64,000 nt of DNA, taken from positions 5,962 to 69,961 of the forward strand of contig CABUQV010000005.1 of assembly GCA_902493855.1 (NCBI GenBank), given 5' to 3'. The DNA is from an uncultured Collinsella sp. (GTDB lineage Bacteria; Actinomycetota; Coriobacteriia; Coriobacteriales; Coriobacteriaceae). Position 1 is the first letter of the stretch, and every line of letters begins with the position of its first letter. Positions 51,949 through 60,950 of this stretch are shown one piece after another. The notes beneath the pieces were generated by a model. It made no database searches and was not told where the DNA came from. It saw nothing but the letters and a program-made list of their open reading frames with translations. The position numbers and the translations under genes are program-made.

Positions 51949-52794
51949 CTAGGCGGTCGGGGCGATGGTGCCCTTGACCACGAAGTCGATGTACTCGGCG
52001 AAGAACACGAGGCCGACGTAGGCCACGGTGTCGTAGGTCAGGCTCTTGAGCTCGGGCGAGTGGGACACGGCGATGTAGCCGCTCTCGTCGGAGTAGAAGC
52101 CGAACAGGTCGTCGCCGTCGGTCGGTGCGACGTAGACCTTGATGTTGTCCTTGACGGTGGCGTAGATCGTGCCCGCGGCGACGGAGCCGGTGGACACGAG
52201 CGTGCCCAGGCCCGCCCAGTTCTCGATGTAGGAGATGCCGAAGGCGCTGAAGACCTCGGACTCGCCGATCTGCTTGGCGAAGTCGACCGGGTTGGCGAAG
52301 TAGACGGTCTCGCCGCTGCCGAAGCCGTACTCCTCGGTGAGGTTGGACAGGGCGGCCCAGGCGTTGGCGGCGGTGGCGACGAGGCTCTTGCCGGTCGCGG
52401 CGGTGGTGCCCTCGGCGCCGAGCGCGGCGACGAAGTCTTTCTTGATGTTGCGCTGCATGTCGGAGATCATCGCCGCGTCGGTCTTGTCGACGGCGCCGTC
52501 GTAGCCGCGCTTCTTGACCTCCTGGAGCGTGGTCTGCTTGCGGTAGGGCTTGAGCGTCACCTCGTAGGTCGTGACGTCCTCGTAGGTGTAGCTGGAAAGC
52601 GGGATGTCCTGGCCGGCGGTGTACGCGACCTCGGAGAGCTTGCCGGTGATCTTCTTCTGGTGCAGGGTCTCGCCGACGGCAGCGTGGATGGGCGCGCAGG
52701 TGGACAGCATCGCCGTGAGCTTCTCCAGCGACTTGGTGAAGGTGTTCACGAGGTCGACGTTGCGCGCGGCTGCGAGGGTCTTGATATCGGGCAT
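51949..52794 (-). CDS. Major capsid protein
   Basis: Follows scaffold; strongly biased codon use; FAEYID.VVKGTI C-terminus. Confidence 0.75.
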   Translation of the reverse strand: MPDIKTLAAARNVDLVNTFTKSLEKLTAMLSTCAPIHAAVGETLHQKKITGKLSEVAYTAGQDIPLSSYTYEDVTTYEVTLKPYRKQTTLQEVKKRGYDGAVDKTDAAMISDMQRNIKKDFVAALGAEGTTAATGKSLVATAANAWAALSNLTEEYGFGSGETVYFANPVDFAKQIGESEVFSAFGISYIENWAGLGTLVSTGSVAAGTIYATVKDNIKVYVAPTDGDDLFGFYSDESGYIAVSHSPELKSLTYDTVAYVGLVFFAEYIDFVVKGTIAPTA

Positions 52795-52812
52795 TGGGGC
52801 CCCTTTCTCCCC

Positions 52813-53334
52813 TTACTTGAAGAGGTCGATGTTGGCGGCGATGGCCGCCATGCGTTCCTTCTTGTCCTCGATTCCGAGGATGTCCTTCTTGGAGGGCTTG
52901 CCCGGCTTGGGCTTGCCGCCGGCCTCGGGCGCCTTCGGCGCGCCGCCGGTCGGTTTCGTGATGGCCGCCACGGCATTGGCCTGCTCGGTGAGGGCGTCCT
53001 CGTCCTCGCCGTTGAGCGTCGCCACGATGGAGCGGTCGAGTCCGGTGGCCTTTGCCACGGAGTCGACGAGCGCGGAGCGGGCGGCGCTCGCCTTGAGGGA
53101 GGCGTTCTCGCTCTCGAGCGCGCTTAGGCGCTCCTCGACGGTCGGGTCGGTCTTGGTCGCGGCTGCCTTGAGCTCGTCGAGCTCCTTGAGGTTCGCCTTC
53201 GAGCGGCTCTCCCACTTGCGCGACTCCTTCAGCGCGTTCTCGTAGAGCGCCTTGTAGTCGGGCTCCTGGCCGGTGTCTCCGCCCTGTGCAGGGTTGGTCG
53301 GCTCGGTCTCGGTGGGCGTGGTCTCCTGGGCCAT
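52813..53334 (-). CDS. Capsid scaffolding protein
   Basis: Coiled-coil, SRKWE.R.K.N motif, ends IAANIDLFK. Confidence 0.7.
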   Translation of the reverse strand: MAQETTPTETEPTNPAQGGDTGQEPDYKALYENALKESRKWESRSKANLKELDELKAAATKTDPTVEERLSALESENASLKASAARSALVDSVAKATGLDRSIVATLNGEDEDALTEQANAVAAITKPTGGAPKAPEAGGKPKPGKPSKKDILGIEDKKERMAAIAANIDLFK

Positions 53335-53436
53335 GCTCCCTCCATTTCCGCCCCGTGCGGGGCATCGTCTTGCCCCGTGCGGGGCGCTTTTCGGCATGAA
53401 AAAGGCCACCCGTGCGGATGGCCTGGTTCAACGTTA

Positions 53437-53521
53437 TGGTCGGGGCGGCGGGACTCGAACCCGCACGGGCGATGCCCACGTGCTCCTGAGGCACGCGCGT
53501 CTGCCGTTCCGCCACGCCCCG
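53437..53521 (-). tRNA. tRNA-Leu(CAG), CCA encoded
   Basis: Cloverleaf: acceptor CGGGGCG/CGCCCCG, loop CT-CAG-GA, long variable arm, GTTCGAGTC. Confidence 0.9.
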
Positions 53522-53522
53522 A

Positions 53523-53596
53523 TGGCACCTGGCCGAGGAATCGAACCCCGGTAAGCGGTTTTGGAGACCGCCGCACTGCCATTGTGCTAGCCAGGT
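53523..53596 (-). tRNA. tRNA-Trp(CCA), CCA encoded
   Basis: Cloverleaf: acceptor ACCTGGC/GCCAGGT, loop CT-CCA-AA, GTTCGATTC, discriminator G. Confidence 0.9.
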
Positions 53597-53649
53597 GTGT
53601 ATAATCTGATTTGAAAAGCCCTGGGCGTGCTGGATAGCTAACCTAGGGC

Positions 53650-54822
53650 TTATTTATTTATGTCGTCTATGGGCCCGCCCTTGGTCAACAAGATAACGTG
53701 GTCGATGTCATGCCTCGACATCTCAAGCCGCACGCGCTTCAGCGCGTCCTCTCTTGTCACAGGGACCTCCTCGCAGTTAAGCACGACGATAGAGGGCTTT
53801 ACCGGCCCACCTTCCGCCTTTTCGAACTGCCGCACTGCCTTTCTTATATTGCGCTCGATGAACCTAAGCCCGTTGACGCCAGACGCATCGCTTGTCGGGC
53901 TCTTCAGCTCGCATAGCTTGCCGTCGAGCAGCAGGTCGATATTGGAAAAGCCCTCCGGCGCGTCCTCCTTACGGACGACGACCTCGTGACCGGCCGCCCG
54001 AAGCGCCTCGTGCGCCGCGAGGTCGTAGGAGCCGCCGCGCTCGTGCGCGAAGGTCTCTTTCGGCTTCTTGTACACGATTGGAGGCCCAGGCGAACCGAGC
54101 ACCGCACGCTTCGCCGCGTCCTTGTCGGCGCTCGTCAGACTTTCGTCCTCATCGATGTTCTTGAACTGTGCCCACTGCTCGCGAAGCTCCTCGGGGCGCA
54201 CGCCCTCCACGAGCTCCGCGTCCGGGTCGTCCTCGAAGCCGGGGACCACCTTGCAGTCGCAGTGTCGGTGGAAGTGTTTGAACTCGCCGGCGGATTTGCG
54301 CGTGTGGTAGACCGCGCCGCGGCTCGCGAGCATGATGCAGAAGGTGCAGGTCTCGAAGCCCGTCGGCACGCGCGCGAAGCGCACGCCGGCGCTCCTGTCG
54401 CGGCCCACGTTGGAGATGATCGTCTCGTTCAGGCTGCGGAACGCGTCGTTCCTGGCGTACTCGCCGCACGCCCTGGCGAACGCCGCGTCACCGCCCTTCA
54501 CGAGCTTCTTCGCCTGGTATCTGGCAACGGTATCGACCGATTCTGGCCTGTAGGTCGTCATGGTGACGGCCTGCTGCAGCCTGGCGCCGTTGCGCTCTGC
54601 GAGGTCGTCGTACCACTGCGCCGCGAACTCCGCCGCCACGTCGTCGTAGCCCTGGACGAAGCCCTCCATGATGAGCTTCGCGGCCTCGCGTTTCTCGGCG
54701 ACGGTCGCGCCCACGTGGGAGCGGCACCAGGCGAGCACGGCGGCCTCCACGTCGGATGCCGCCCTGTCTCCTATCTTCGCCACGGCCCGGTTGTAGGCCG
54801 CGAACTCAGGCGCGCTAATCAT
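53650..54822 (-). CDS. Minor head (MuF-like) protein with C-terminal PD-(D/E)XK nuclease-like domain
   Basis: C.FC.MLASRG and H..CDC after the portal gene; C-terminus IDLLLDGKLCELKSP. Confidence 0.75.
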   Translation of the reverse strand: MISAPEFAAYNRAVAKIGDRAASDVEAAVLAWCRSHVGATVAEKREAAKLIMEGFVQGYDDVAAEFAAQWYDDLAERNGARLQQAVTMTTYRPESVDTVARYQAKKLVKGGDAAFARACGEYARNDAFRSLNETIISNVGRDRSAGVRFARVPTGFETCTFCIMLASRGAVYHTRKSAGEFKHFHRHCDCKVVPGFEDDPDAELVEGVRPEELREQWAQFKNIDEDESLTSADKDAAKRAVLGSPGPPIVYKKPKETFAHERGGSYDLAAHEALRAAGHEVVVRKEDAPEGFSNIDLLLDGKLCELKSPTSDASGVNGLRFIERNIRKAVRQFEKAEGGPVKPSIVVLNCEEVPVTREDALKRVRLEMSRHDIDHVILLTKGGPIDDINK

Positions 54823-56233
54823 CGGCGGGCTGCGCAGGTTCTGCCGCCTGGGTGACGCCCGCCATCAGGTCGAGCGCCGCCGAGCGCGTCACGTTGCGTC
54901 TGATCTCGGACGAGACGTTGCGCACCTCGTCGTCGTCGAGGCCGTTGAGCCGCCAGAAGGTCGGCGTGCCGGCGAAACCCTCGACCGCCGAAGCGAGCTT
55001 GATGGAGCTGTCAGTCTGCTGGGCCAGCGTCGGCATGGCGGGGTTCAGGAAGTGGACGGACACGCCGCAGGCGTCCTCGGCCTCCTCGTAGGAGCACCCA
55101 AGTTCCGTGGCAATCGCTGCGGTCGCGGCATTCGCCAGCGCCGCCTTGGCCTCGCGGATGAAGCTCTTGCACTTGAGGATGAGCGGCTCGTTCTCGGCGT
55201 AGATCGCCTCGGCGGAGCTGGGGTTGTCGCTCATGATGCCGAACTGCCCCACGTGGATGCCGGTCGCTGCGCTCATGCGCTTGCACAGGTTGCCGAAGTG
55301 CTCGGTCATGGGCTGCATGCTCGGCTGAGTGAGCTGGCCGAACTGCGGAATCGTGCCGTCCTCGGTCTTGGTGACCTCGAAGATGGAGCCGATGAAGGCG
55401 CTCCATTTGGTCTTGTCGGCGAACGCGTCTCCGTCGGTGCCCAGCAGGTACTTCTGCGTGGACGCGGCGAACGCGGCGGCGATCTCCTCGTTGACGTTGG
55501 CGCGCATGGCGCAGTCGATGTTCCAGCGCACCTCGGAGTTGATCCTGGACACGCCGAACGGTCGGTCGTCGTCGGGGTTGTGCGGCATGACGAACATGGG
55601 CACGGCGCCCAGGCCGTGCTCCACGTACTCCGCCGCCCACTCGTTGCGGCGAACCTCGCGGATGCGCACCATGCGGTCCGGCAGCATCACGTTGACCCAG
55701 TCCGGGCGGTCCGTGGGCCGCCCGCGGTCCTTGGCGAAGGAGACGACGAACATGCCGGAGGACAGGCACTCGTGGACGTCGTCCCAGATGCCCGTGCACA
55801 GGGTCGGCGGGTACGCCGAGATGCGGGCGTGCCCGTCCTCGTCCGCCGTCACCACGAGCATGGAGAAGCAGTACTTGAGTGCGGAGTTGACGGCCTTGCC
55901 GACGCGCGTGGCCATCTTGTTGCGCTTGGCCACGGAGGTGAGCAGGCCGTCGAAGTCCTCATCGTCGGGGCACGTGAACCCGTCGAAGGCGATGTGGTCG
56001 CGCATGACCTCCACGCACTTGTATCCCCAGCCGCACGCGACCTCCAGGTCGCGCAGCGAGTCGGGCACGGCGATGCCGAGGTCCTTGAGCATGTTGCGCG
56101 CCTCGTAGTAGTCCGAGCGCAGGAGGTTGCCCTTGTAGTGGGTCTGCCAGCTGTTGAGCAGGCAGCGCACCGTCTCGCGGTCCTCCTCGAGCAGGCCGTC
56201 GGCGGACGCCACGGCGTAAGGTATCGAGATCAA
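54815..56233 (-). CDS. Portal protein
   Basis: RPFG.SRI, NPSSAEA; follows terminase. Confidence 0.85.
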   Translation of the reverse strand: MISIPYAVASADGLLEEDRETVRCLLNSWQTHYKGNLLRSDYYEARNMLKDLGIAVPDSLRDLEVACGWGYKCVEVMRDHIAFDGFTCPDDEDFDGLLTSVAKRNKMATRVGKAVNSALKYCFSMLVVTADEDGHARISAYPPTLCTGIWDDVHECLSSGMFVVSFAKDRGRPTDRPDWVNVMLPDRMVRIREVRRNEWAAEYVEHGLGAVPMFVMPHNPDDDRPFGVSRINSEVRWNIDCAMRANVNEEIAAAFAASTQKYLLGTDGDAFADKTKWSAFIGSIFEVTKTEDGTIPQFGQLTQPSMQPMTEHFGNLCKRMSAATGIHVGQFGIMSDNPSSAEAIYAENEPLILKCKSFIREAKAALANAATAAIATELGCSYEEAEDACGVSVHFLNPAMPTLAQQTDSSIKLASAVEGFAGTPTFWRLNGLDDDEVRNVSSEIRRNVTRSAALDLMAGVTQAAEPAQPADD

Positions 56234-57723
56234 GTGACCCTCGCCTTCATTCCGGGTTTTCTCTTCGATGTGTTAAGCGCGAGCAGCGCCAGCCCCGCGG
56301 CCTCGATGGGCGCGGCGTTGTCGCCGCCGAAGCCCCAGCCGCCGCCGGAGCCGATCTTGCGCTTGGGGGATGTCTCGGCGGAAAGGTCGAGCGCAGGGCA
56401 CGCAATGTGCGTGACCGAGCCCGCCTTCGCGCCGGACGAGATGAGACTTGCGGCGGTCACGGCCTGGTCGGTGCTCGGGCGCAGGATGTAGTCCTTGGGC
56501 ATGCCCATGCCCTCGAGCTTGTCGCACAGGGCGCCGGCGCCTGCCTTGCCGTCGATGGCGACGCAGGCGTACCTGCCCGCCCTCGCGGCGATCCAGTAGG
56601 CCAGCCAATCCGTGCTGGGCTCCGGGTCCTTGCAGAAGGGAAGCTCAACATGCACGGTCGGCGAGCCGGGCGGCCGCACGGCGCACGCCACGGCGACGGT
56701 CGAGCCGTCGGCGCTGAATCTCACGCCGGCGCAGATCCTGCAGTCGGCGTTCAGCTCGGGGCCGCTCTCCACGAGGCACTCGCCCCATGCGTCGGAGCCG
56801 ATGATGGGCTTCTCCACCTGGTTCTGTGGGGGCAGCCAGTAGCCCAGGTACTCCTGGGCGGCGCCAAGCTCGTCCATGTCCTTCATGCCGGTTCGGATGG
56901 CGCGGATGTCGGCGTGGTAGCCGAGCGAGGGCATGACCTCCGGCCAGCGGCTCTCGTCCCAGATGTCGCCGACCTCCTCGACGCCGTACTCCAGCCAGAG
57001 CAGATCGGACGCCTTCTCGCCGCCCTCCCATGCCTGCCGCCGGAGGTTCTTGAACACCTCGGCGGGGTTGCCGGCGCGGGTCGGCGTTCCGGCGTACACG
57101 ATCATCAGGTTGTGCTTGGCGCCGGACGTCGTCGTCGGGTTGATGACCTGGGTGTGGATGCCCGTGAGCTCCTGGGCCTCGTCGTATATGACGATGTCGA
57201 AGGAGAAGCCCAGGCGCGAGGACTTGGTTCTCGTCGAGAACTGGATGACGCCGCCGGAGCTGAACCGCATCCATTCCTGGCCGGTCTGGGAGCAGACCTC
57301 GACCAGGAGCTTGCGCCAGCGCGGGATTCCCTCGGACGTGTCGCCGGGGCGGCGGCCGAAGATCTTGCGGAAGCGGTCGACCATCTCCATGGTCGTCGAG
57401 TAGTTGTGCTCGGTCCAGAGCACCTTGTAGCCGGCCAGCGCCGCCATGACCGCGACCCACACGATGATGTCGACGGACTTGCCTTGCTGTCGCGGGATGG
57501 AGATGCCGACACGCGGGTGGACCCACTTGCCGCTCGCGTCCACGGCGCCGATGTCATGGGCGAGCTGCTCCTGCCACGGCACGAGCTTGTATCCCATCGT
57601 CGGGGCGAGCTCGACCGCGAGGGAGCCGATGGACCTCTCGTAGGGCTGGACGAGGCGAAGCCTCGGCTTAGCCGAGGACGTCGCGCAGGACCGAGACGGC
57701 GTTGATGATGACATCGTCGCCAC
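56230..57723 (-). CDS. Terminase large subunit (start uncertain)
   Basis: PWQ, Walker A RQQGKS, Walker B IVIYDEAQ. Confidence 0.9.
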   Translation of the reverse strand: MATMSSSTPSRSCATSSAKPRLRLVQPYERSIGSLAVELAPTMGYKLVPWQEQLAHDIGAVDASGKWVHPRVGISIPRQQGKSVDIIVWVAVMAALAGYKVLWTEHNYSTTMEMVDRFRKIFGRRPGDTSEGIPRWRKLLVEVCSQTGQEWMRFSSGGVIQFSTRTKSSRLGFSFDIVIYDEAQELTGIHTQVINPTTTSGAKHNLMIVYAGTPTRAGNPAEVFKNLRRQAWEGGEKASDLLWLEYGVEEVGDIWDESRWPEVMPSLGYHADIRAIRTGMKDMDELGAAQEYLGYWLPPQNQVEKPIIGSDAWGECLVESGPELNADCRICAGVRFSADGSTVAVACAVRPPGSPTVHVELPFCKDPEPSTDWLAYWIAARAGRYACVAIDGKAGAGALCDKLEGMGMPKDYILRPSTDQAVTAASLISSGAKAGSVTHIACPALDLSAETSPKRKIGSGGGWGFGGDNAAPIEAAGLALLALNTSKRKPGMKARVT

Positions 57724-58126
57724 CGTCCTCCCCAGCCCCCTCTATTCGTTCAATCTGCTCGAGCGTCTCGCGGTACTCCTTGGCGAGCCGGGCCGCCTGG
57801 CTGGGCTCGGCGTCGTATAGCTGTCGCTCGATGACCTGCCGCACCCACCGGAGCCTCCCGAGCGTGTCCTGGCGGCCGTCCGGGCCGTCCGCGGGGGGCG
57901 CCGAGACGCCCGCGCCCACGGACTCCCCCGTGGACTCGCCGGTCGCGATCTCGCCGCTCTCCTTCATTCTCTTGATGAGGGCGCACACGCCCGAGCGCGA
58001 CCGCTTGAGCTTCTTCGCGATAGCCGCAGGTCCGAGCGCCGGGTACGCGTTTCTGACGAACTCCCGCTCGTCTGCGGTCCAGGGCTTGCCCCTCGGCTTC
58101 GTGGACTTCGTGGACATTCCATGCAC
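57668..58126 (-). CDS. Probable terminase small subunit
   Basis: N-terminal HTH; ARLAKEYRETL..I motif; precedes terL. Confidence 0.6.
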   Translation of the reverse strand: MHGMSTKSTKPRGKPWTADEREFVRNAYPALGPAAIAKKLKRSRSGVCALIKRMKESGEIATGESTGESVGAGVSAPPADGPDGRQDTLGRLRWVRQVIERQLYDAEPSQAARLAKEYRETLEQIERIEGAGEDGGDDVIINAVSVLRDVLG

Positions 58127-58225
58127 CTCCCGGTATGGACTCGGTTTCGGGGCCTGCGCAAAAAAGGCGCAATGCCGTGGGGCGAGCCTTCGGCCCCGGG
58201 GAGGGGGCCATCCCCCAGGGTCGGG

Positions 58226-58540
58226 TCACCATGGCAGCGAGGTCGAGCAGCCGACGTCGCGGGGGCGCGGCGATATCGAGCCGTTGAGCGCGGCGAGGCT
58301 CTTGTTGCCGCGCCGCTCGTTGCAGATCCGGTGGGCCGGCGCGACGTTCGCGCGGTCGATGGGCGAGCCGCCCTTGGACACGGGCACGATCTCGTCCACC
58401 TCGAAGCTCATCGGGTCGCCCGCGGGCAGGTCGTAGTCGATGGCCATGCCGCAGATGTGGCATGGCAGCCCCTGCGCCTTGAGCCAGGCGCGCACCTGCC
58501 GGCGGGCGTGGCCATTGGCGTAGCGGGTCTTGGTGGCCAC
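58226..58540 (-). CDS. HNH endonuclease (packaging-associated)
   Basis: CHICG, EVDEI.PVSKGG, AHRICN..RG. Confidence 0.85.
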   Translation of the reverse strand: MATKTRYANGHARRQVRAWLKAQGLPCHICGMAIDYDLPAGDPMSFEVDEIVPVSKGGSPIDRANVAPAHRICNERRGNKSLAALNGSISPRPRDVGCSTSLPW

Positions 58541-58542
58541 GC

Positions 58543-58743
58543 CTAGCGATCCACGGGAGAGCGACCCCGGTTGGCCATGCACTCCTCGAGCCCCGCGTAG
58601 CGCAGACGCTCGACGGCTTTGCCGGCCCCCTTGCACTTGCGCCCGCCCGCGCGGCGGGCGATGCCCAGGGCGCGGCGGAATGCCCACGCCATCACGGTGT
58701 CGTACCTGTTGGCGGCACGGACGATAGCCTCGCGTGTGACCAC
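58543..58743 (-). CDS. Hypothetical protein
   Basis: GTG start after GAGGT; fills the gap before HNH. Confidence 0.4.
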   Translation of the reverse strand: MVTREAIVRAANRYDTVMAWAFRRALGIARRAGGRKCKGAGKAVERLRYAGLEECMANRGRSPVDR

Positions 58744-58903
58744 GGACCCACCTCATTACGTTGTCGTTCCATAGAAAGGCCGGGGTCCCTGAACTGCTGA
58801 AGGGAACCCCGGCCACTCATCTGTGCTTCCACGCACATCCGACCCGCACACCGCGCGGGCGGCGCTGCGAATCGACACCCTAGTTATATCCCAATCGCAA
58901 CGC

Positions 58904-59008
58904 GCAACGGCACGCAATCGCGCGCAATTGTCGGCAATCGTATGCAATCACGCGCAATTGTCGGCAATCACATGCAATAGTTGGCAATCACACGTAATGA
59001 CATGCAAT
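58904..59008. repeat. Array of 11 GCAAT-like motifs at exact 10-bp spacing
   Basis: Motif starts at 58904, 58914 ... 59004. Confidence 0.85.
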
Positions 59009-59081
59009 AGCGAACCAAGAGAAAGGCCCCGACCGCACATGGCGATCGGGGCCGACATGCTGACGCGAACCAGCACTTGTA

Positions 59082-59534
59082 TTATACGGCGACGGGAGCC
59101 TCTTTCGGGCGCCCAGCCTTGGGTGAATCGGCGAGTCTGGCCTCGACGGAGGCCTTGGACACCATGCGCTTTGTGCCGTCCCTCCACGAGTCGAGCAACC
59201 CCGCGCCTATCAGCTGCGACACCCTCGCCGAGCTGACGCCGAGCATGCGGGCGGCATCTGCGGCAGTGACGGCGGGAATGTCACCGAGCTCGCGGCTGAC
59301 GGCGATGGCGATGATCTTGCCCCCGTTCAGTGGCTCATGGCCAAAGTCGGGCGCGGGAAGGTCGACCCCGCCCATGAGGTGATCGTCGACCATGCAGGCG
59401 AGGTAGTCGGCCGCGCTCGCGACGGCATCGTTCAAGTCGGACCCGAACGTGCCGCCTCCTCCGAGCGAACCGCACGGCACGGCATCGACCATGCCTCCAG
59501 AATCAAAGAATTCGAATTCCCATACGTAAACCAT
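59082..59534 (-). CDS. hicB: HicB-like antitoxin with C-terminal HTH
   Basis: TFG..LNDAV..A.D.L; AARMLGVS.ARVSQL. Confidence 0.8.
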   Translation of the reverse strand: MVYVWEFEFFDSGGMVDAVPCGSLGGGGTFGSDLNDAVASAADYLACMVDDHLMGGVDLPAPDFGHEPLNGGKIIAIAVSRELGDIPAVTAADAARMLGVSSARVSQLIGAGLLDSWRDGTKRMVSKASVEARLADSPKAGRPKEAPVAV

Positions 59535-59585
59535 TCACGTCTCCTTTACGTGGGCGATGCAAGACGTAGCCCCAAAGGGGCGGGG

Positions 59586-59756
59586 CTAACGAAGCCCCGC
59601 CTGTCTCAGAATCCTCTTGGCTATCTGGTCCTCGATCTCCCTGTGGCGCTTCACCAGCACGAGTTTGTCGCCCTTGACGAACTTCTCGTGGTTGGTGCCG
59701 CCTTTGGAGATAAAGCCGGCTTCCTCGAGGATGCGGACCAGTTCGCGTCTCTGCAT
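59586..59756 (-). CDS. hicA: HicA toxin, 56 aa (absent from the ORF track)
   Basis: MQRRELVRILEEAGFISKGGTNHEKFVKGDKLVLVKRHREIEDQIAKRILRQAGLR. Confidence 0.85.
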   Translation of the reverse strand: MQRRELVRILEEAGFISKGGTNHEKFVKGDKLVLVKRHREIEDQIAKRILRQAGLR

Positions 59757-59834
59757 GTCACCTTCTTTCTATCGACAACTATATATTAGCATATCCTAAT
59801 AGTTATTACTATATAAATCTTAGCTATTATTAAG

Positions 59835-60287
59835 TTATATCTCGGCAGCTCCTCGCCCTTGTCGCGCACGGGCGAGGCCGGTGAGGTCCACCCAGTCAAC
59901 AGCCGCAGACAGGTCTGCCTGTATGGACCTCACCGACACCCCGAGCGCCCCCGCGATCTCCTGCAGCGTGCGGTCCTCGCAGTAGCGCAGCTCCAGCACG
60001 TCGCCCCAGCGCTTGCCGGGGTTGGCGGAGCGCACGCCCGCGCAGAGCTCGCGTCCGCGCTCCACTTCGCGTCGAAGCTCGGACAGCTCGGCGCCACTGC
60101 GGCGCTCGTAGTCGATCCGGTCGTCGGTGGACCTCATGAAGTCCGTGCCGTGCGCGCCCTTGCCCACGGCGTCGTAGCGCTGGGCGCGCACCTGCTCGCG
60201 CGCCTGCATCGACTCGATGACCGCCAGGCGGCGGTCGATGCTGCGCTGAGCGGCCCGTACAGTCTCCAAATATTCACGTGCATCCAT
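59835..60287 (-). CDS. Putative late transcription regulator (RinA/ArpU-like)
   Basis: VLELRY....LQEIA..LGVS.R HTH at the early/late boundary. Confidence 0.6.
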   Translation of the reverse strand: MDAREYLETVRAAQRSIDRRLAVIESMQAREQVRAQRYDAVGKGAHGTDFMRSTDDRIDYERRSGAELSELRREVERGRELCAGVRSANPGKRWGDVLELRYCEDRTLQEIAGALGVSVRSIQADLSAAVDWVDLTGLARARQGRGAAEI

Positions 60288-60414
60288 GTGACCTCCCGCG
60301 TGGTACCATGCTCTACGCCATGTAGAAGATGCCGGGAGGCGTCTTTGCCAAAGGCCGCCGGCGCTCCAACGCCAGCGGCCTTAATTATATATCTACCTGC
60401 TGTAACTCAATATC

Positions 60415-60747
60415 TCATCGCGACCTCCCGTCATGGTGGTGGAGCGACTTCCATGAGCGTCCGCGGAACATGGCCACGATTACCGAGAACAGCACCGCCC
60501 GGTGGTGGTAGAGCTCATCGAACGTGTGGTACCCGTCCGATGTGGAACCCGTGACGGGTGCCGGCTCAACGTAGTCCGCAAGGCACTCCGCAAGATCCGG
60601 ATAGCAGCCTCGATTCAGCTCGTAATGGACGGGGCTGAAGACGTCGTAAAGGCCCTCGGTGAACTCCTCTGCATACCGGCAGCAGTAAAACTGCTCGCGT
60701 AGCTCCTTGGCAATTTCTCGGCGGTCCTCATCGCTTATCTGTCTCAT
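60415..60747 (-). CDS. Hypothetical phage protein, probably C-terminally truncated
   Basis: SDGYHTFDELYHHRA.LF motif, then an abrupt stop. Confidence 0.5.
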   Translation of the reverse strand: MRQISDEDRREIAKELREQFYCCRYAEEFTEGLYDVFSPVHYELNRGCYPDLAECLADYVEPAPVTGSTSDGYHTFDELYHHRAVLFSVIVAMFRGRSWKSLHHHDGRSR

Positions 60748-60950
60748 TTCTCGCTCCATTCCTTCACGATCTCCTTCTCCTCCGCGACCATGATCAGCGC
60801 CTTGTTGAGGCATCGCCTCGCCTGGCGCAGCTCCTCGCAGATGTCGCACCCCTGTCGCAGCCTGTCGCACTCCCTGAGCGACCTCTTGACGTCCTCGAGC
60901 CTGCCGATGGCGAGGTCAATCCAATCGGAGGGGCCGCACCTGTAGCTCAC
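60744..60950 (-). CDS. Hypothetical phage protein
   Basis: Coupled overlaps on both sides. Confidence 0.5.
   Translation of the reverse strand: MSYRCGPSDWIDLAIGRLEDVKRSLRECDRLRQGCDICEELRQARRCLNKALIMVAEEKEIVKEWSEK

Noticed and set aside
53437..53521. Reading the tRNA as a TCA (Sec/opal suppressor) anticodon
   Set aside because: The 5-bp stem gives loop CT-CAG-GA, so CAG (Leu), consistent with the variable arm and discriminator A
58904..59008. Possible CRISPR array
   Set aside because: 10-bp units without spacers; no cas genes
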